From NCBI GenBank assembly GCA_038087875.1, contig JAXLNO010000050.1:124001-188000 (forward strand): 64,000 nucleotides of DNA. Reading direction: 5' to 3'. This DNA is from Malacoraja senta. Lineage: Eukaryota. Positions 1-11,430 of this stretch are shown here, in pieces. The position numbers and the translations under genes were made by a program. The first letter of the stretch is position 1, and each line of letters begins with the position of its first letter. Under the pieces are notes generated by a model. The model was not told where the DNA came from. It did no database searches and saw nothing but the letters and a program-made list of their open reading frames with translations.

Positions 1-3000
1 CCACTCTTGAAATCCCAGCACCAAAGATCACTGCAATATGGTGTAGGTGTGAGATTGTCTCCCCCCCTCTCCACTCCCTCCCTCCCTCCCTCTCTCTCCC
101 CTCAAATCCAGCACCAGATCATTGCAATATTGACTAGGTGAGAGATTGTCTCCTCTCCTCTCCCCCATCTCCCACTCCCTCCATCTCTCCCCTTTCCCCC
201 TCACCTCTATTCTCTCCTCTCCTTTTACCTCTCCTCTCTCTTCTGCTTTCCTCCCCTCTCCTCACGCCCCTCCCCTCCCCTTTTCTTTCCCCTCCTCTCT
301 ACTCCTCGCCTCTCCCCTTCCCTCTTCTCACCTCCCCACATCTCTCACCCTCCCCTCAAATCCAGCACAAAGATAATTGTAATATAGGGGGAGGTGAGAG
401 AATGAATTCTCCTCTCCTCTCCCTCTCATCTTTTCTCCTGCCCTCACCTCTCCCCTTTTCCTCATCTACTCCTCACATCTCTTTTCTTCCCCTCTCCTCA
501 ACTACCCTCCTTTGGTCCCTCTCCCTCTCTCCCCCTCCACTCAAATCCAGCAAATATTTGCAATATGGTGGTGAGATTATCTCCTCTCCTCGTCTACTCT
601 CCTCATCACCTCTCCCCTCTACTCACCGCTCCTGTCCCTTCTATCCTACGTTCCTCTCACCTCCTCTCCTCTTCCTCCCTCTCCTCCCATCACCTATCAT
701 ATTCTACTCTTCCATCTCCCTCCCTTCCCCTCATCTCCTCTCCTCACATCTCCGCTCCTCTCCCACCCTGTCCACCCATCCCTTCTCCTCCCCTCCCCTC
801 CACTACTCTCCTATCCTCCCCCCATCTCCTATCACCTCATCCTTCCCCCTTCCTTACCCGCTCCCCTCCCCTCATATCCAGCACCAAAGATAATTGTGGA
901 TAGATTGTCTCCTGTCCTCTTCTCACTACTCCCTTCCTCCCCTCTCGCCCCTCCCCTCCGCTCTTCTCCCTCCTCCCTCTCTCACCTCTGCTCTCTCTCC
1001 TCGCCTCCCTTCTCTCAAACCCTCCTCCCCCTCCCTTCCTCACCTCTCCTCTCCTCTCCTCCCCTCCTATCCTCTCCTGTCCTTACCTATTCTCCCCTCT
1101 CCCCGCATATACTCCTCTCATCTCCTCCCCTCACCTCTCCCATACCTCCCCTCTCCTCTCTTATCCCCTCCCCCCCGTCCTCTCTCCTCTCCTCTACCCC
1201 CATCTTCACTACCCTTCAATCCCCCTCCTGCTCCCTCCTCTGCTGTCCTTTTTCCTATTCCCCTTTCCCCACCAGTTGTCCGGTCTCCTCTATTTTCCTC
1301 CCCTCTCCTCTCCATCAACTCCACTCCTCTCCACCCATCTCAGCTCCTCTACTATCATCTCCTTCCCTCCCGTCCCCTCCTCTCCCTCTTATCCCCTCCG
1401 AACTCTTCCCTCCTCTCATCACCCATTTCATCCCCTCCTCTCCTCCTCTTTCCTCCCCTCCCTCTCCCCTCCCCACCAATGCAGCACCAAACATAATTGT
1501 AATATGGTGCAAGTGAGTGATTGTCTCCTCTCCTCATCAGACCTCTTCTCTCCTCCCCTCCCCATGTCATCCCCTCCTCCCCAACCCCCCCCCCTCTCTC
1601 TCTCTCTCTCTCCCTGCCCTGAAATCCAGCACCAAAGATAAATGTAAAATGGTGCAGGTGAGAGATTGTGTACATTCCTCATCTCGTCTCCTCCTCTTTC
1701 CAACCTCCCCTCTCCTCTCCGCTCTGATCTCCTCCCCTCCTCACTCCTCCATTTCCTCTCCCTCTCTCCCCTACCCTCAAATCCAGCACCAAAGATAATG
1801 TAATATGGTGCTGATAGATTGTTCAAACCTCCCCTCTACCCTACCCTCCCTCCCCTTGCCCCCTATCCTCTCCTCCCCTCTCCTCTCCCTACTCCTGTGC
1901 TCTCCTCCCCCTCCGCTCCCCACTCTTCTCCTCTCCCCTCCATGCCTTTCCTCAACTGCTCTCCTCTCCTACCTCTCCAATCCCCTCTCTTCTCCTCTCC
2001 TCACCTCTCATGCCCTCCCTCTCCTCCTCTCGGCTCCCTCTCCCCCTCTCCTCTCCTCTCCCCTCTAATCAACTTCTCATCTTGCCCCTCCCCTCTTCTC
2101 TCCTCTCTCCCCTCCTCTCTCCACCCCTCTCCTCTCCCCTCATTCCGCTTCCTCTCCACCCATTTTCTCCTCTCCTCGATTCTCCACTCCTACCCTCTTT
2201 CTCTCTCTCTCTGTAACCCCTCCCCACAAAACCAGCACCAAAGGTAATTGCAATATGGACTAGGTGAGAGATTGTCTACCTCCTCTCTTCACACTTCCCC
2301 CTCTCCTCTCTGCTCCCGTCAATCTCCCGCTTCCCTCCATCTCCCTCTCCTCCCACCTCTCCCAATCTCCTCTCTTCTCCTTTATTTTGCTCTCCTCTCT
2401 CCCTTCGCCTCTCCTCGCTTCTCTCCCCTCTCATCTCCTCTCCCTCTCTTCTCCTCCCTCCCCACCCCTCCTCTTCCCTCCTCCACTCCTCTCTCTCCGC
2501 TCATCTCCATTTATCCAATCCTCCCCTCCCCACCCATATCCCCTTCCTCACCCCTCCTTTCCTCTGCTCCTCTTCCCCTTCCTCCTCTCCCTCCCCCTCT
2601 TCTCCCCTCCGCTGCTCCCCTCTACTCTACTCTCCTGTCTCCTCTCCTCTCCTACCCTCCCCTCTCCTGTCTCTTCACCTCTCCTCTCCTCCCCTCTTCT
2701 CATCCCCTCCTTTCTCCTCTTCTCTTCTCCCCTCGACTCCCCTTTCCTCTCCACACATCCTCTCCTCCTCCCCTCCGATCTCCTCTCATCCCCTACTCTC
2801 CTTTCCTCTACTCTCCACTCCTCTCCTTTCCTCACTCCCATCCCTCCTCTGCCCTCTCCTACCCTCTCCTCTCCCCCTCCTCCTCCCGCACCTCCCCTCC
2901 GCTTTTCTCGCTCCTGCTCTCCTTTACTTTCCTCTCTTCTACCCTCTCCTCTCCACTATCCCCCCTCCTCTCTTCTACTCTCCTCTCATCCCCTCCCATC

Positions 3001-3150
3001 TCTCATCTCCCTCCCCTCTTCTGTCCCCTCTTCCCCTCCCTCTCCCTCTCGCCTCTCTCCCCATCTCCTGCCCTTGTCCCCTCTCCTCCCCTACCCCTCC
3101 CTTCCCCTCTTCTCTCCTCTCCACTCCTCCACCACTTTTGCCTCCCTCTC
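1..3150 (+). repeat. Polypyrimidine (C/T) satellite with an interspersed ~55-bp conserved core, block 1 (9 cores)
   Basis: The sequence is almost purely C/T. Core CAAATCCAGCACCAAAGATAATTGTAATATGGTGCAGGTGAGAGATTGTCT recurs at about 9, 101, 355, 540, 871, 1477, 1620, 1776 and 2226. Confidence 0.95.
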
Positions 3151-3538
3151 TAACACTCCCTCTCTAGAAAAATGTCATCAAAAACAAATTTTATTTTTCT
3201 ATATCCCTCTTTCATAATATAGATAATGAACCCAAATGTATAGAATTACAACACAAAAAATATTTTATTTATTCAAACCAAATCCTCGAAATGTTTCTAT
3301 GATGTTTATTGACTAATTGACTATTGAAAGTTTTCTTTGATGATTATTGACTAATTCACTATTGTGATGAAATGTGTTGCCATGCACATGTGGTTACCAA
3401 GAGCCAACAAGAAACCAATGATGGATAAAATCTGCAGTTTCATTGTCCTTATTTACCAATTAGTCCTTGGATGAAAATGGATACACTAAGGTTCACATCT
3501 AGAGAGACAGAAGTAATGAGAGAAATTGAAATTAAAAT

Positions 3539-3682
3539 TCTTCTTCGTCTTCTTGCGTATGGCGTGCACAGCCTAAAGTTGTAGGTCAACATGTTCTATT
3601 TGATCTATTTGTTTGTGCACATCGGGTTGATTGCATTAGTTGAAACAAGGTGGACCATGTGAAGGTTGCAATCTCCCACTCC
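3539..3682 (-). mobile_element. Short non-autonomous retroelement (~144 bp) with a GAA-type tail, possibly RTE- or Ingi/Vingi-dependent
   Basis: The minus strand starts GGAGTGG, contains an internal TGTGCACA...TGTGCACG stem and ends GCAAGAAGACGAAGAAG. The flanks GAAATTGAAATTAAAATT and GATATTAAACTTAAATT resemble a decayed TSD. Confidence 0.6.
3629..3682 (-). ncRNA. HDV-like self-cleaving ribozyme fold (partly decayed)
   Basis: GGAGUGG-GA-GAUUGCA-ACC-UUCACAU-GGU-CCACCUU-GUUUCAA-CUAA-UGCAAUC maps in order onto P1, P2, P3, L3, P3', P1', P4, catalytic C with J4/2, and P2'. Confidence 0.7.
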
Positions 3683-4231
3683 GATATTAAACTTAAATTA
3701 ATGGTTCCTTCATAGGATTTGTGTAACTAAAATAACGAAGCTGAACATAATGTCAAAACCAACTCTTATCTGTCTGCACATTATCCATATCCCTCCATCC
3801 CCTGAATATTCATTTGCCTATCTAAGAATGTCTCTTAAATGCCACTATTATATTTGCATCCTCCACTAACTATGGTTCCAGGTACTCTCCGAACTCTGTT
3901 TTTAAAAATCTGCACTGCACATCTCCTTTAAACTTTGCCCCTCTGGCCCTTATATCTATGTTCTCTACTATTTGATATTTCCATCCTAGGAAGTTTTGAT
4001 GGTCTTCCCAACAACCATTGAACACAACGACTCCAACTAAACTCCAAACTATGAACTCCTTGGGTTGCTCTCAGGACTTCGAGCCTTGTTTTTTTATTGC
4101 ACTGTATTGGGTTTTTTATTTGAAAAACAAATTTTATTTTTCGATATCCCTCTTTCATAAGAAGTATATAATAAACCCAAATGTATAGAATTACAACACA
4201 AAAAAAAAATCTGTTTATTCAAACCAAAAAT

Positions 4232-5435
4232 GTTCGCGATAGCGCTCCAAATTTTCGCCAGTTCATGCTGTGAATGCATCAATTTTCGTTCCGATCGGTT
4301 GAATGTCGTAAAAGTTAGCGAGGTTTAAAAATTTTAAAAACAGCGCGTGCGCAGATCAATCTCTTCTCCCGCCAGTCAGCGCCGCGCGGATTAGTCTCTT
4401 CCCCTGTCACTCTCCGGGACGACCGCCCATTCCTGCGGCATTGCGTCTACTGAAGCTGAAGATGGTCGGACCAGACTGAATAGGAGGGACCAGAAGCAGC
4501 GCAGCCCCAAGCAGCAGCCCAGCCTCAGAAACCCGACCCAATCCAGCCCAGCCCAGCGTGGGAGACCCCAGGCTTGCCCAGAGTCGGAAACCCAGCCCTG
4601 CCCAGAGTTGGAGATGTCGCCGATGCTGCCAAAACGGAAAGCGGAGACTCTGATCCCGGCGGGGGAAAACGACCAACGAACAGCGCCCGCTGTGAGTCCC
4701 CATCGCACCGCCAATTCTAGCCACTACCCCTCTGGTGCCCCTTCCTGGCTCCTACCCCTCCCCCGTGATGCCCTCTCCCCATGGCTCTTCCCCATGTTTT
4801 CTCCGAGCTCACTCTCCCCCACCCACACACCCTCCACCCACACACACCTCGCCCACAACCCCCACGCATACACACCCACCCCGCCCACACACCCACCCCG
4901 CCCACACAACCCCCACGCATACACACCCACCCCGCCCACAACCCCCCTTCCTCACAGCCCCCCTCCCCCACAACTCCTCCCCCTCTCCCACAACCCCCCT
5001 CCCCCCACAACCCCTGCCCTCATAACCTCCCTCTCCACCACAGCCCACCTCCCCCACAACCGTCCCTCCCCCAACACGCCCCCTACTCCACACCACCCTC
5101 TCCCCCCCGTACACCTCCCCATCCACATACACCCTTCCCACACCCCACTTCCTTCCCCCCCTCCCCTCCCACCCATGAAGCAGAGTGCTCGGGGATGAGT
5201 GGAAATGAGCCACGCCTGCGCAGTTAGGGGCTATGTGCGAGTGGTGGAATATTGCGTTGGGGGAACGGGTCTGTTAGGGGACCAGGCCTCCCGTGTGACT
5301 GGGCCCCAACGGGTCCCACTTCGTTCAGTACATAACTAAAACTCTGATCTTATTATCTTCCGGTTTTTTAGCGGTCTTCCTATTTGCGCAAAAACGGTTC
5401 GTGATAGCGCTACGATTTTCGTCAGTTCACTCACC
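4232..5435 (+). mobile_element. Possible non-autonomous Helitron-like element followed by the start of a second tandem copy
   Basis: A GC hairpin GGGCCCC-AAC-GGGTCCC (5301-5317) lies about 8 nt before a CTAG-like end (TCAGT). Motif GATAGCGCT..ATTTTCG.CAGTTCA occurs at both ~4238 and ~5403. The interior has C/A-rich simple repeats. Confidence 0.4.
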
Positions 5436-5604
5436 GTAGTGTGTTCCAGGTACTCTCCAATCTCAGTTAAAAAAAAACTGCCTACACATCTCCTTTAAAC
5501 TTTGCCCATCTGACCTTATATCTGTGTTGTCTAGAATTTGATATTTGGGAAAAAAAGGTTTTGACTTTCTTCCCAACAACCATCAGGCTAATGAACACAA
5601 CGAC

Positions 5605-6107
5605 TTTGCTATTGAAGGAGTGAAGCGCAGGTTCACAAGGTTAATTCCCGGGATGGCGGGACTGTCATATGCTGAGAGAATGGAGCGGCTGAGCTTGAAC
5701 ACTCTGGAGTTAGAAGTATGAGAGGGGATCTTATTGAAACATATCAGATTGTTAAGGGTTTGGACACACTATAGGCAGGAAACATGTTCCCGATGTTGGG
5801 AGAGTCCAGAACCAGGGCAACAGTTTAAGAATAAGGAGTAAGCCATTTAGAACGGAGTAAAGGAAACACTTTTTCTCATGGAGAGTTGTGGTCTGTGGAA
5901 TTCTCTGCCTCAGAGGGCGGTGGAGGCTGGTTCTCTGGATACTTTCAAGAGAGAGCTAGATAAGGCTCTTAAAGATAGCGGAGTCAAGGGATATGGGGAG
6001 AAGGCAGGAACGGTGTACTGATTTGGGGATGATCAGCCATGAACACATTGAATGGCGGTATTAGCTCAAAGGGCCAAATGGCCTACTCCTGCGCCTATTG
6101 TCTATTG
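5605..6107 (+). mobile_element. CR1 (HER1-like) LINE 3' fragment
   Basis: Decayed AIEGV-RRFTRLIPGM...LWNSLPQRAVEA coding end plus the 3' UTR also seen on the CR1 at 28780-28873. Confidence 0.9.
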
Positions 6108-7101
6108 CCTCCTCCCCTCTCCTCTCCCCTCCACTCCTCCCCTATCCTCTCCTCCCTGCTCCTCTCCCTCCTCACCTCTTCTCCTCTCCTACCCTCTCCT
6201 CCCCTTCCTCTCCCCTCCTCACCCATCTGCCTCCCTCACCACCCCTTCCCTTCTCTCCTCTCACCCCACTTTCCTCGCTCCTCCTCTCCTATACTTTCCT
6301 CTCCTGTCTCCCCTTCCTTCTACTCTCGTATCCTTCCCTCCCCTCTCCACCTCTCTCCTCTCCTCCCCTCCCCTCTCCACTCCTTCCCTCACCTCCCCAT
6401 CCTTACTTCTCCTCTCCTTTACTTTCTTCTCCTCTGTCCCGTCCCCGCTCTTCTCACCTCCCTTCTCTACTCTCCCCCCTCATATCTACACACCTCCTCT
6501 CCCCTCTCCTCCTCCACTCCCCTCTCCTCACACCTCCTCTCCTCCCAGCTCCTCTCCTTTCCTGTCTTCTACCCTCCTTTACTCTACTTCCCCTTCTTCC
6601 ATCTGCTCTTCTCCCCTCCCTTCTCCTCTCCTCTACTTCCCCTTCATTCCACCCTCCGCTCTTCATCCCCTCGTCTCTCAACACCCTTCTCTCGCCTCCT
6701 CTCCCCTGCCCTCCTCCCCTCATCTCCTCTCCTACCCACTCATCTCCTCCCCTCCCCTCTCCTGTCATCTCACCTCTCCCCTCCAATCCTCTCCTCTCCA
6801 CCCCTCCTCTCCTTTCTTCTCATCGCCAATCCTCTCCTCCCCTCTCCACTGCTCTCATCTCCTCTCCTACCCTCTCCTATCCCCTCCTCTCTCCACCGCT
6901 CAAATCCTGCACCAAAGATAACTGAAATATGGTGCAGGTGAGAGATTGTCTCCTCTTCTCTCACTTTTTCTCTCTTCCTCTCCCCTCTATACTTCCACTC
7001 CATCTCCTCTCCCCCTCACCTCTCCTCCGACGTCCCTCTCTTCTCTCCTCTCTTCAACTCACCTCTCCTCTCGCCTCTCCCCTCTTCCCTCCCCTCCTCT
7101 C

Positions 7102-7329
7102 CAGGGCCGTCTTAACAGCATTATAGGCCCCCGGGCAAAGCAGTGCACTGGGGCCCCTACACTTCCAGTTTCTTTATGCCGAATCAAATATGCCGTCATG
7201 CACTTGCCATGTTCTTCTCTGTTTTCATGTTCTACAATAACATTCTACAAGACATAGATTACCGTGGGGCCCCTATGCTCGTGGGCCCCAGGCAACTGCC
7301 CAGCGTACCCATGCGTTAAGATGGCCCTG
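7102..7329. mobile_element. hAT-type MITE (228 bp)
   Basis: TIRs CAGGGCCGTCTTAAC / GTTAAGATGGCCCTG, with 8-bp TSD CTCCTCTC at 7094-7101 and 7330-7337 (the TSD is low-complexity). Confidence 0.85.
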
Positions 7330-9074
7330 CTCCTCTCCACTCCTCTCTCCCCTCTTCTCCTCTCTCGTCTCCTCTATTCCCCTCTCCACTCCTCGCCTCC
7401 ACTCTCCTCCCCTCCCTCTCCCTCTCTTCTCCCCTCCCCTCAAATCCAGCACCAAAGGTAATTGTAATATAGTGGAGATGAGCGATTCTCCTCTCCTCTC
7501 CTCAACTCTCCTCTCCTCTCCTCTCCCCTCCTCCCCTCTCTTCACTACCCTTTAATCCCCTCATGTTCCTTCCCCTCCTCCCCTTTCCCCACAACTTCTC
7601 CCCTCTCCTCCTGTACACCCTCCCCTCCACTCCTCTCTTATCCCCCCCATCTCCTCTCCTCTCCTCTCCCCTCTCATCCCACTCCCCTTTTCCTCTCCTC
7701 TCCACTCATCTCCTCCTCTTTCCTCCCCTCCCTCTCCCTCTCTTTCCCCTTCCCACCAATGCAGCACTAAAGATAACTGGAATATGGTGTAGGTGAGAGA
7801 TTGTCAAATCCCCTCTCCTCCCCTCTGCTCTTCACTCCCGTCCTCTCCACCCATCTCCTCTCTACCCGTCCCCTCTCCTCTCCTCCCCTCTCCACTCTGC
7901 CCGTTTCCTCTCCCCACCAACCTCCTCTGCTCTCCTCCAAACTCCCCTCTCCTCACCATCCCTGCCCCTCCTCTCTCCTCATTCCTCCACTCACATCTCC
8001 TCCCCTCTGCTCCCTTCTCCTCTCCTCTGCTACCAACTCCCCTCCTCTCCTCCCCACCTTTCCCCTCTCCTCTCCGTCCTCCCCTCTCCTGCTCTATTCC
8101 CCTCTCATCATTCCCTCTCCTCTCCCCATCTCTCCTATCCCCTCCCTTCCATCCCTCTCCTCTTCTCCGCTCCTCCTCCCCTCTCCGCACCCCTCCACTA
8201 CTGTGCTGTCCTCTCCTCTCCTCACCCCTCCCCTCCTCCCATCTCCTACCCCCCACCCTCTCCTCTCCTATCCTGTCCTCTTTTCGCCTTCCCACAAATC
8301 CATCACCAAACATATTTGTCATATGGTGGCGGCGAGAGATTGTTCCCTTTCCTCTCCTCTGCCCCATCCCTCATTCCCTCCTCACCCCTCTCCTCTCCCT
8401 TCCCTCTCCTCCCCCTCATCTATTCCCCGCATATCCTCCCCTCCCATCCTCTCCTCCCTACCCTTCTATCCTCTCCCCTCCTCCCCTTTCTGTGCCCTTG
8501 CTCTCCTCTCCTCCCCTCCCCTCCCCCCTCCTCTCCTCCCCCTACCTCTCCCTCCCCTCAAATCCAGCACCAAAGATAATTGTAATATAGTGTAGGTGAG
8601 AGATTGTTCTCTCCTCTCCCCTCCTCCCCCACCCCTCCCCTCCTTCACTCATCTACTCCCAACATATCCTCTTTTCTTCCCCTCTCCTACCCTCCTCTTT
8701 GCTCCCTCTCCTCTCCCCTCACCTCTCCTCCTCTTTCCCTGTCCCACCACTCTTCTCTCCCCTCCCCTCTTCTCTCCGCTCCTCTCTCCTCCTCTCACAC
8801 CTCCCCTCCTCTTTGCTCCCTCTCCCTCTCCCCTCCTCCCCTCCCCTCTCCACTCCTCTCCTCTCATCTCCAGCTCTCCACCCCTTCTCTCCTCTTTATG
8901 CCTCTCCTCCCCTCTCCACACCTCCCCTACCCTCAAACCCAGCACCAAAAAAATTGCAAAATGGATAGGTGAGAGATTTGTCTCCTCTTCATTCCCCTCC
9001 CCTCTCCTCTTCACACTTCCCCTATTCTCTCCTCTCCTCCCACCTCTGCTCCCCTCAATCTCCCGCTCCCCTTC

Positions 9075-9316
9075 ATAGAAACATAAAAAAATAGGTGCAG
9101 GGGTAGGCCATTCGGCCCTTCGCGCCTGCACCGCCATTCAATATGATCATGGCTGATCATCCAACTCAGTATCCTGTACCTGCCTTCTCTCCATACCCCC
9201 TGATCCCTTTAGCCACAAGGGCCACATCTAACTCCCTGTTAAATATAGCCAATGAACTGGCCTCAACTACCTTCTGTGGCAGAGAATTCCACAGATTCAC
9301 CACTTCTGTGTAAAAA
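9075..9316 (-). mobile_element. CR1 3' end fragment
   Basis: Closely matches 28780-29025, the 3' UTR and ORF2 end of the long CR1. Confidence 0.9.
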
Positions 9317-9935
9317 TTGATGTCCTCATTTCCCCTCTCATCTCTCCTCTCCTCTCTCCACTACTCTCCTCCCCTCTCCCTCATTCTCTCTCCCCTCACA
9401 ACTAGCACCAAAGATAATTGCAAAATGGACTAGGTGAGAGATTGTCTCCTCTCCTCTCATCTCCTCTCTTCTCATCTCCTCCCCTCACATTTCCTCCACA
9501 TACCCTCCTCTCTCCCCTCCTTTCCTCTCCCCTCCTTTCCTCACCTCCCTTTCCTCTCCTCTCCTCTCCTCTCCTCCCTGCTTCTCTTGTAAATCTTGGC
9601 CAAAATAGAGCCAAAATAAAGCAGAGGATTCATGTATTCAAAAGGCCTTTTAGCCATTTGTGTATAAGAAGCCACAGGCTGCTAGCTGGTGCCGGGAAGT
9701 CTAGGTCCCAGATCGGTAGCTCAGATAAGGAAGGTTCAAGTATCTTTGTAATTGTTAGTATGTATGAGAATCTTGCAGAGGAACTCCAAGGTATTGTAAA
9801 TGTATGAATTTGATTGGATTGCTGCAAAGTGATTGTAAATAATGTAAATAATGTTACAAGACAGTTACTCTGCTGTTTGTTGATTGAGTGTTAAAACCTG
9901 GCAGAATTGTTTTGTGTTCCAGGGTAAATGTCCTC

Positions 9936-9990
9936 ACCAAAGATACTAGAGTAGTATCTTCACCAAAGATACTAGAGTAGTATCTTTGGT
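9936..9990. repeat. Tandem pair of palindromes ACCAAAGATACTA-GAG-TAGTATCTTTGGT
   Basis: Perfect 13-bp arms at 9962-9990, preceded by a truncated copy at 9936-9960. Confidence 0.9.
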
Positions 9991-10349
9991 CCTCACTGCC
10001 CTGCTTCTCTCCCCCTTCCATTCAAATCCAGCACCAAAGATAACTAATATAGTGGAGGCGAGAGATTGTTCTCTCCTCTCCTCTCCCCCCTCCCTTCCCC
10101 TCGCCTCTCTCCTCATCCCCTCATCTATTCCCCACATCTCCTCTTTTCTTCCCCTCTCCTCCTCTCCTCCCCTCCTCTGCTCCCTCTCCTCTCCCCATCA
10201 CCTATCCTCTCGTCTCTCCTCTCCCCTCACCTCCACTCTTCTCTCCCCTCCCCTCTTCTCTCCCCTCCTCTCTCCTCTCCTCTCTCCACCCCTCTCCACT
10301 GCCCTCCTTCCCGCTGTTCTCCACCCCATCTCTCTTCTCCTCGGCTCTC

Positions 10350-11430
10350 TTCTAAGGAAGTGGTTCTAGAAATCGTGGATGCATTGGTGATAATTTTCCA
10401 ATGTTCTATAGATTCAGGATCAGTTCCTGTGGATTGGAGGGTAGCTAATGGTATCCCACTTTTTAAGAAAGGCGGGACAGAGAAAACAGGAAATAATAGA
10501 CCAGTTAGTGGTGGGGAAGATGCTGGAGTCAATTATAAAAGATGAAATAGCGGCACATTTGGATAGCAGTAACAGGATTGGTCCGAATCAGCATGGATTT
10601 ACGAAGGGGAAATCATGCTTGACTAAAGTTCTGCAATTTTTTGAGGATGTAACTACGAAAATTGACAATGGAGAGTCAGTGGATGTAGTGTACCTGGACT
10701 TTAAGAAAACATTTGATAAGTTCCAAATAGGAGATTATTGGGCAAAATTAGGGCACATGGTATTGAGGGTAGAGTGCTGACATGGATAGAAAATTGGCTG
10801 GCAGACAGGAAACAAAGAGTAGGGATTAACGGGTCCCTTTCAGAATGGCAGGCAGTGACTAGTGGGGTACCGCAAGGCTCGGTGCTGGGACCGCAGCTAT
10901 TTACAACATACATCAATGATTTAGATGAAGGGATTCAAAGTAACATCAGCAAATTTACTGTGAGGAGGATGCTGTGAGAATGCAGGGTGACGTGGACAGG
11001 TTGTGTGAGTGGGCATATGCTTGGCAGACGCAGTTTAATGTGGATAAATGTGAGGTTATCCACTTTGGTAACAAAAACAGGAAGGCAGATTACTATCTAA
11101 ATGGCGTCACGTTGGGAAAAGGGGGAGTACAGTGGGATCTGGGGGTCCTTGTTCATAGGTCAATGAAAGTAAGCATGCAGGTACAGCAGGCAGTGAAGAA
11201 AGCGAATGGCATGTTGGTCTTTATAACAAGAGGAGCTGAGTATAGGAGCAAAGAAGTCCTTCTGCAGTTGTACAGGGCCCTAGTGAGACCACACCTGGAG
11301 TATTGTGCGCAGTTTTGGTCCCCTAATTTGAGGAAGGACATTCTTGCTATTGAGGGAGTGCAGCGTAGGTTTACAAGGTTTATTCCCGGGATGGCGGGAC
11401 TGACATATGCTGAGAGAATGGACCGGCTGA
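10350..11430 (+). mobile_element. CR1 LINE RT fragment (frameshifted)
   Basis: Motifs [28 protein letters not shown] and LVRPHLEYC are spread over ORFs 10448, 10738 and 10974. Confidence 0.95.

Larger units (their letters stand above)
6108..10345 (+). repeat. Polypyrimidine satellite with interspersed core, block 2 (8 cores, interrupted by insertions)
   Basis: Cores occur at about 6899, 7439, 7755, 8294, 8557, 8932, 9395 and 10021. Confidence 0.95.

Noticed and set aside
9588..9930. Possible solo LTR inside the satellite
   Set aside because: It starts with TGT and has AATAAA, but no matching terminus or TSD could be established.
1..10072. CRISPR array interpretation of the interspaced palindromic cores
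   Set aside because: Vertebrate context, no cas genes, and spacers that are low-complexity, highly variable in length and partly homologous to each other.
138..10369. Many long Pro/Ser/Leu-rich and Arg/Gly/Glu-rich ORFs
   Set aside because: C/T-only DNA lacks stop codons, so these are open in all frames with no domain signal.
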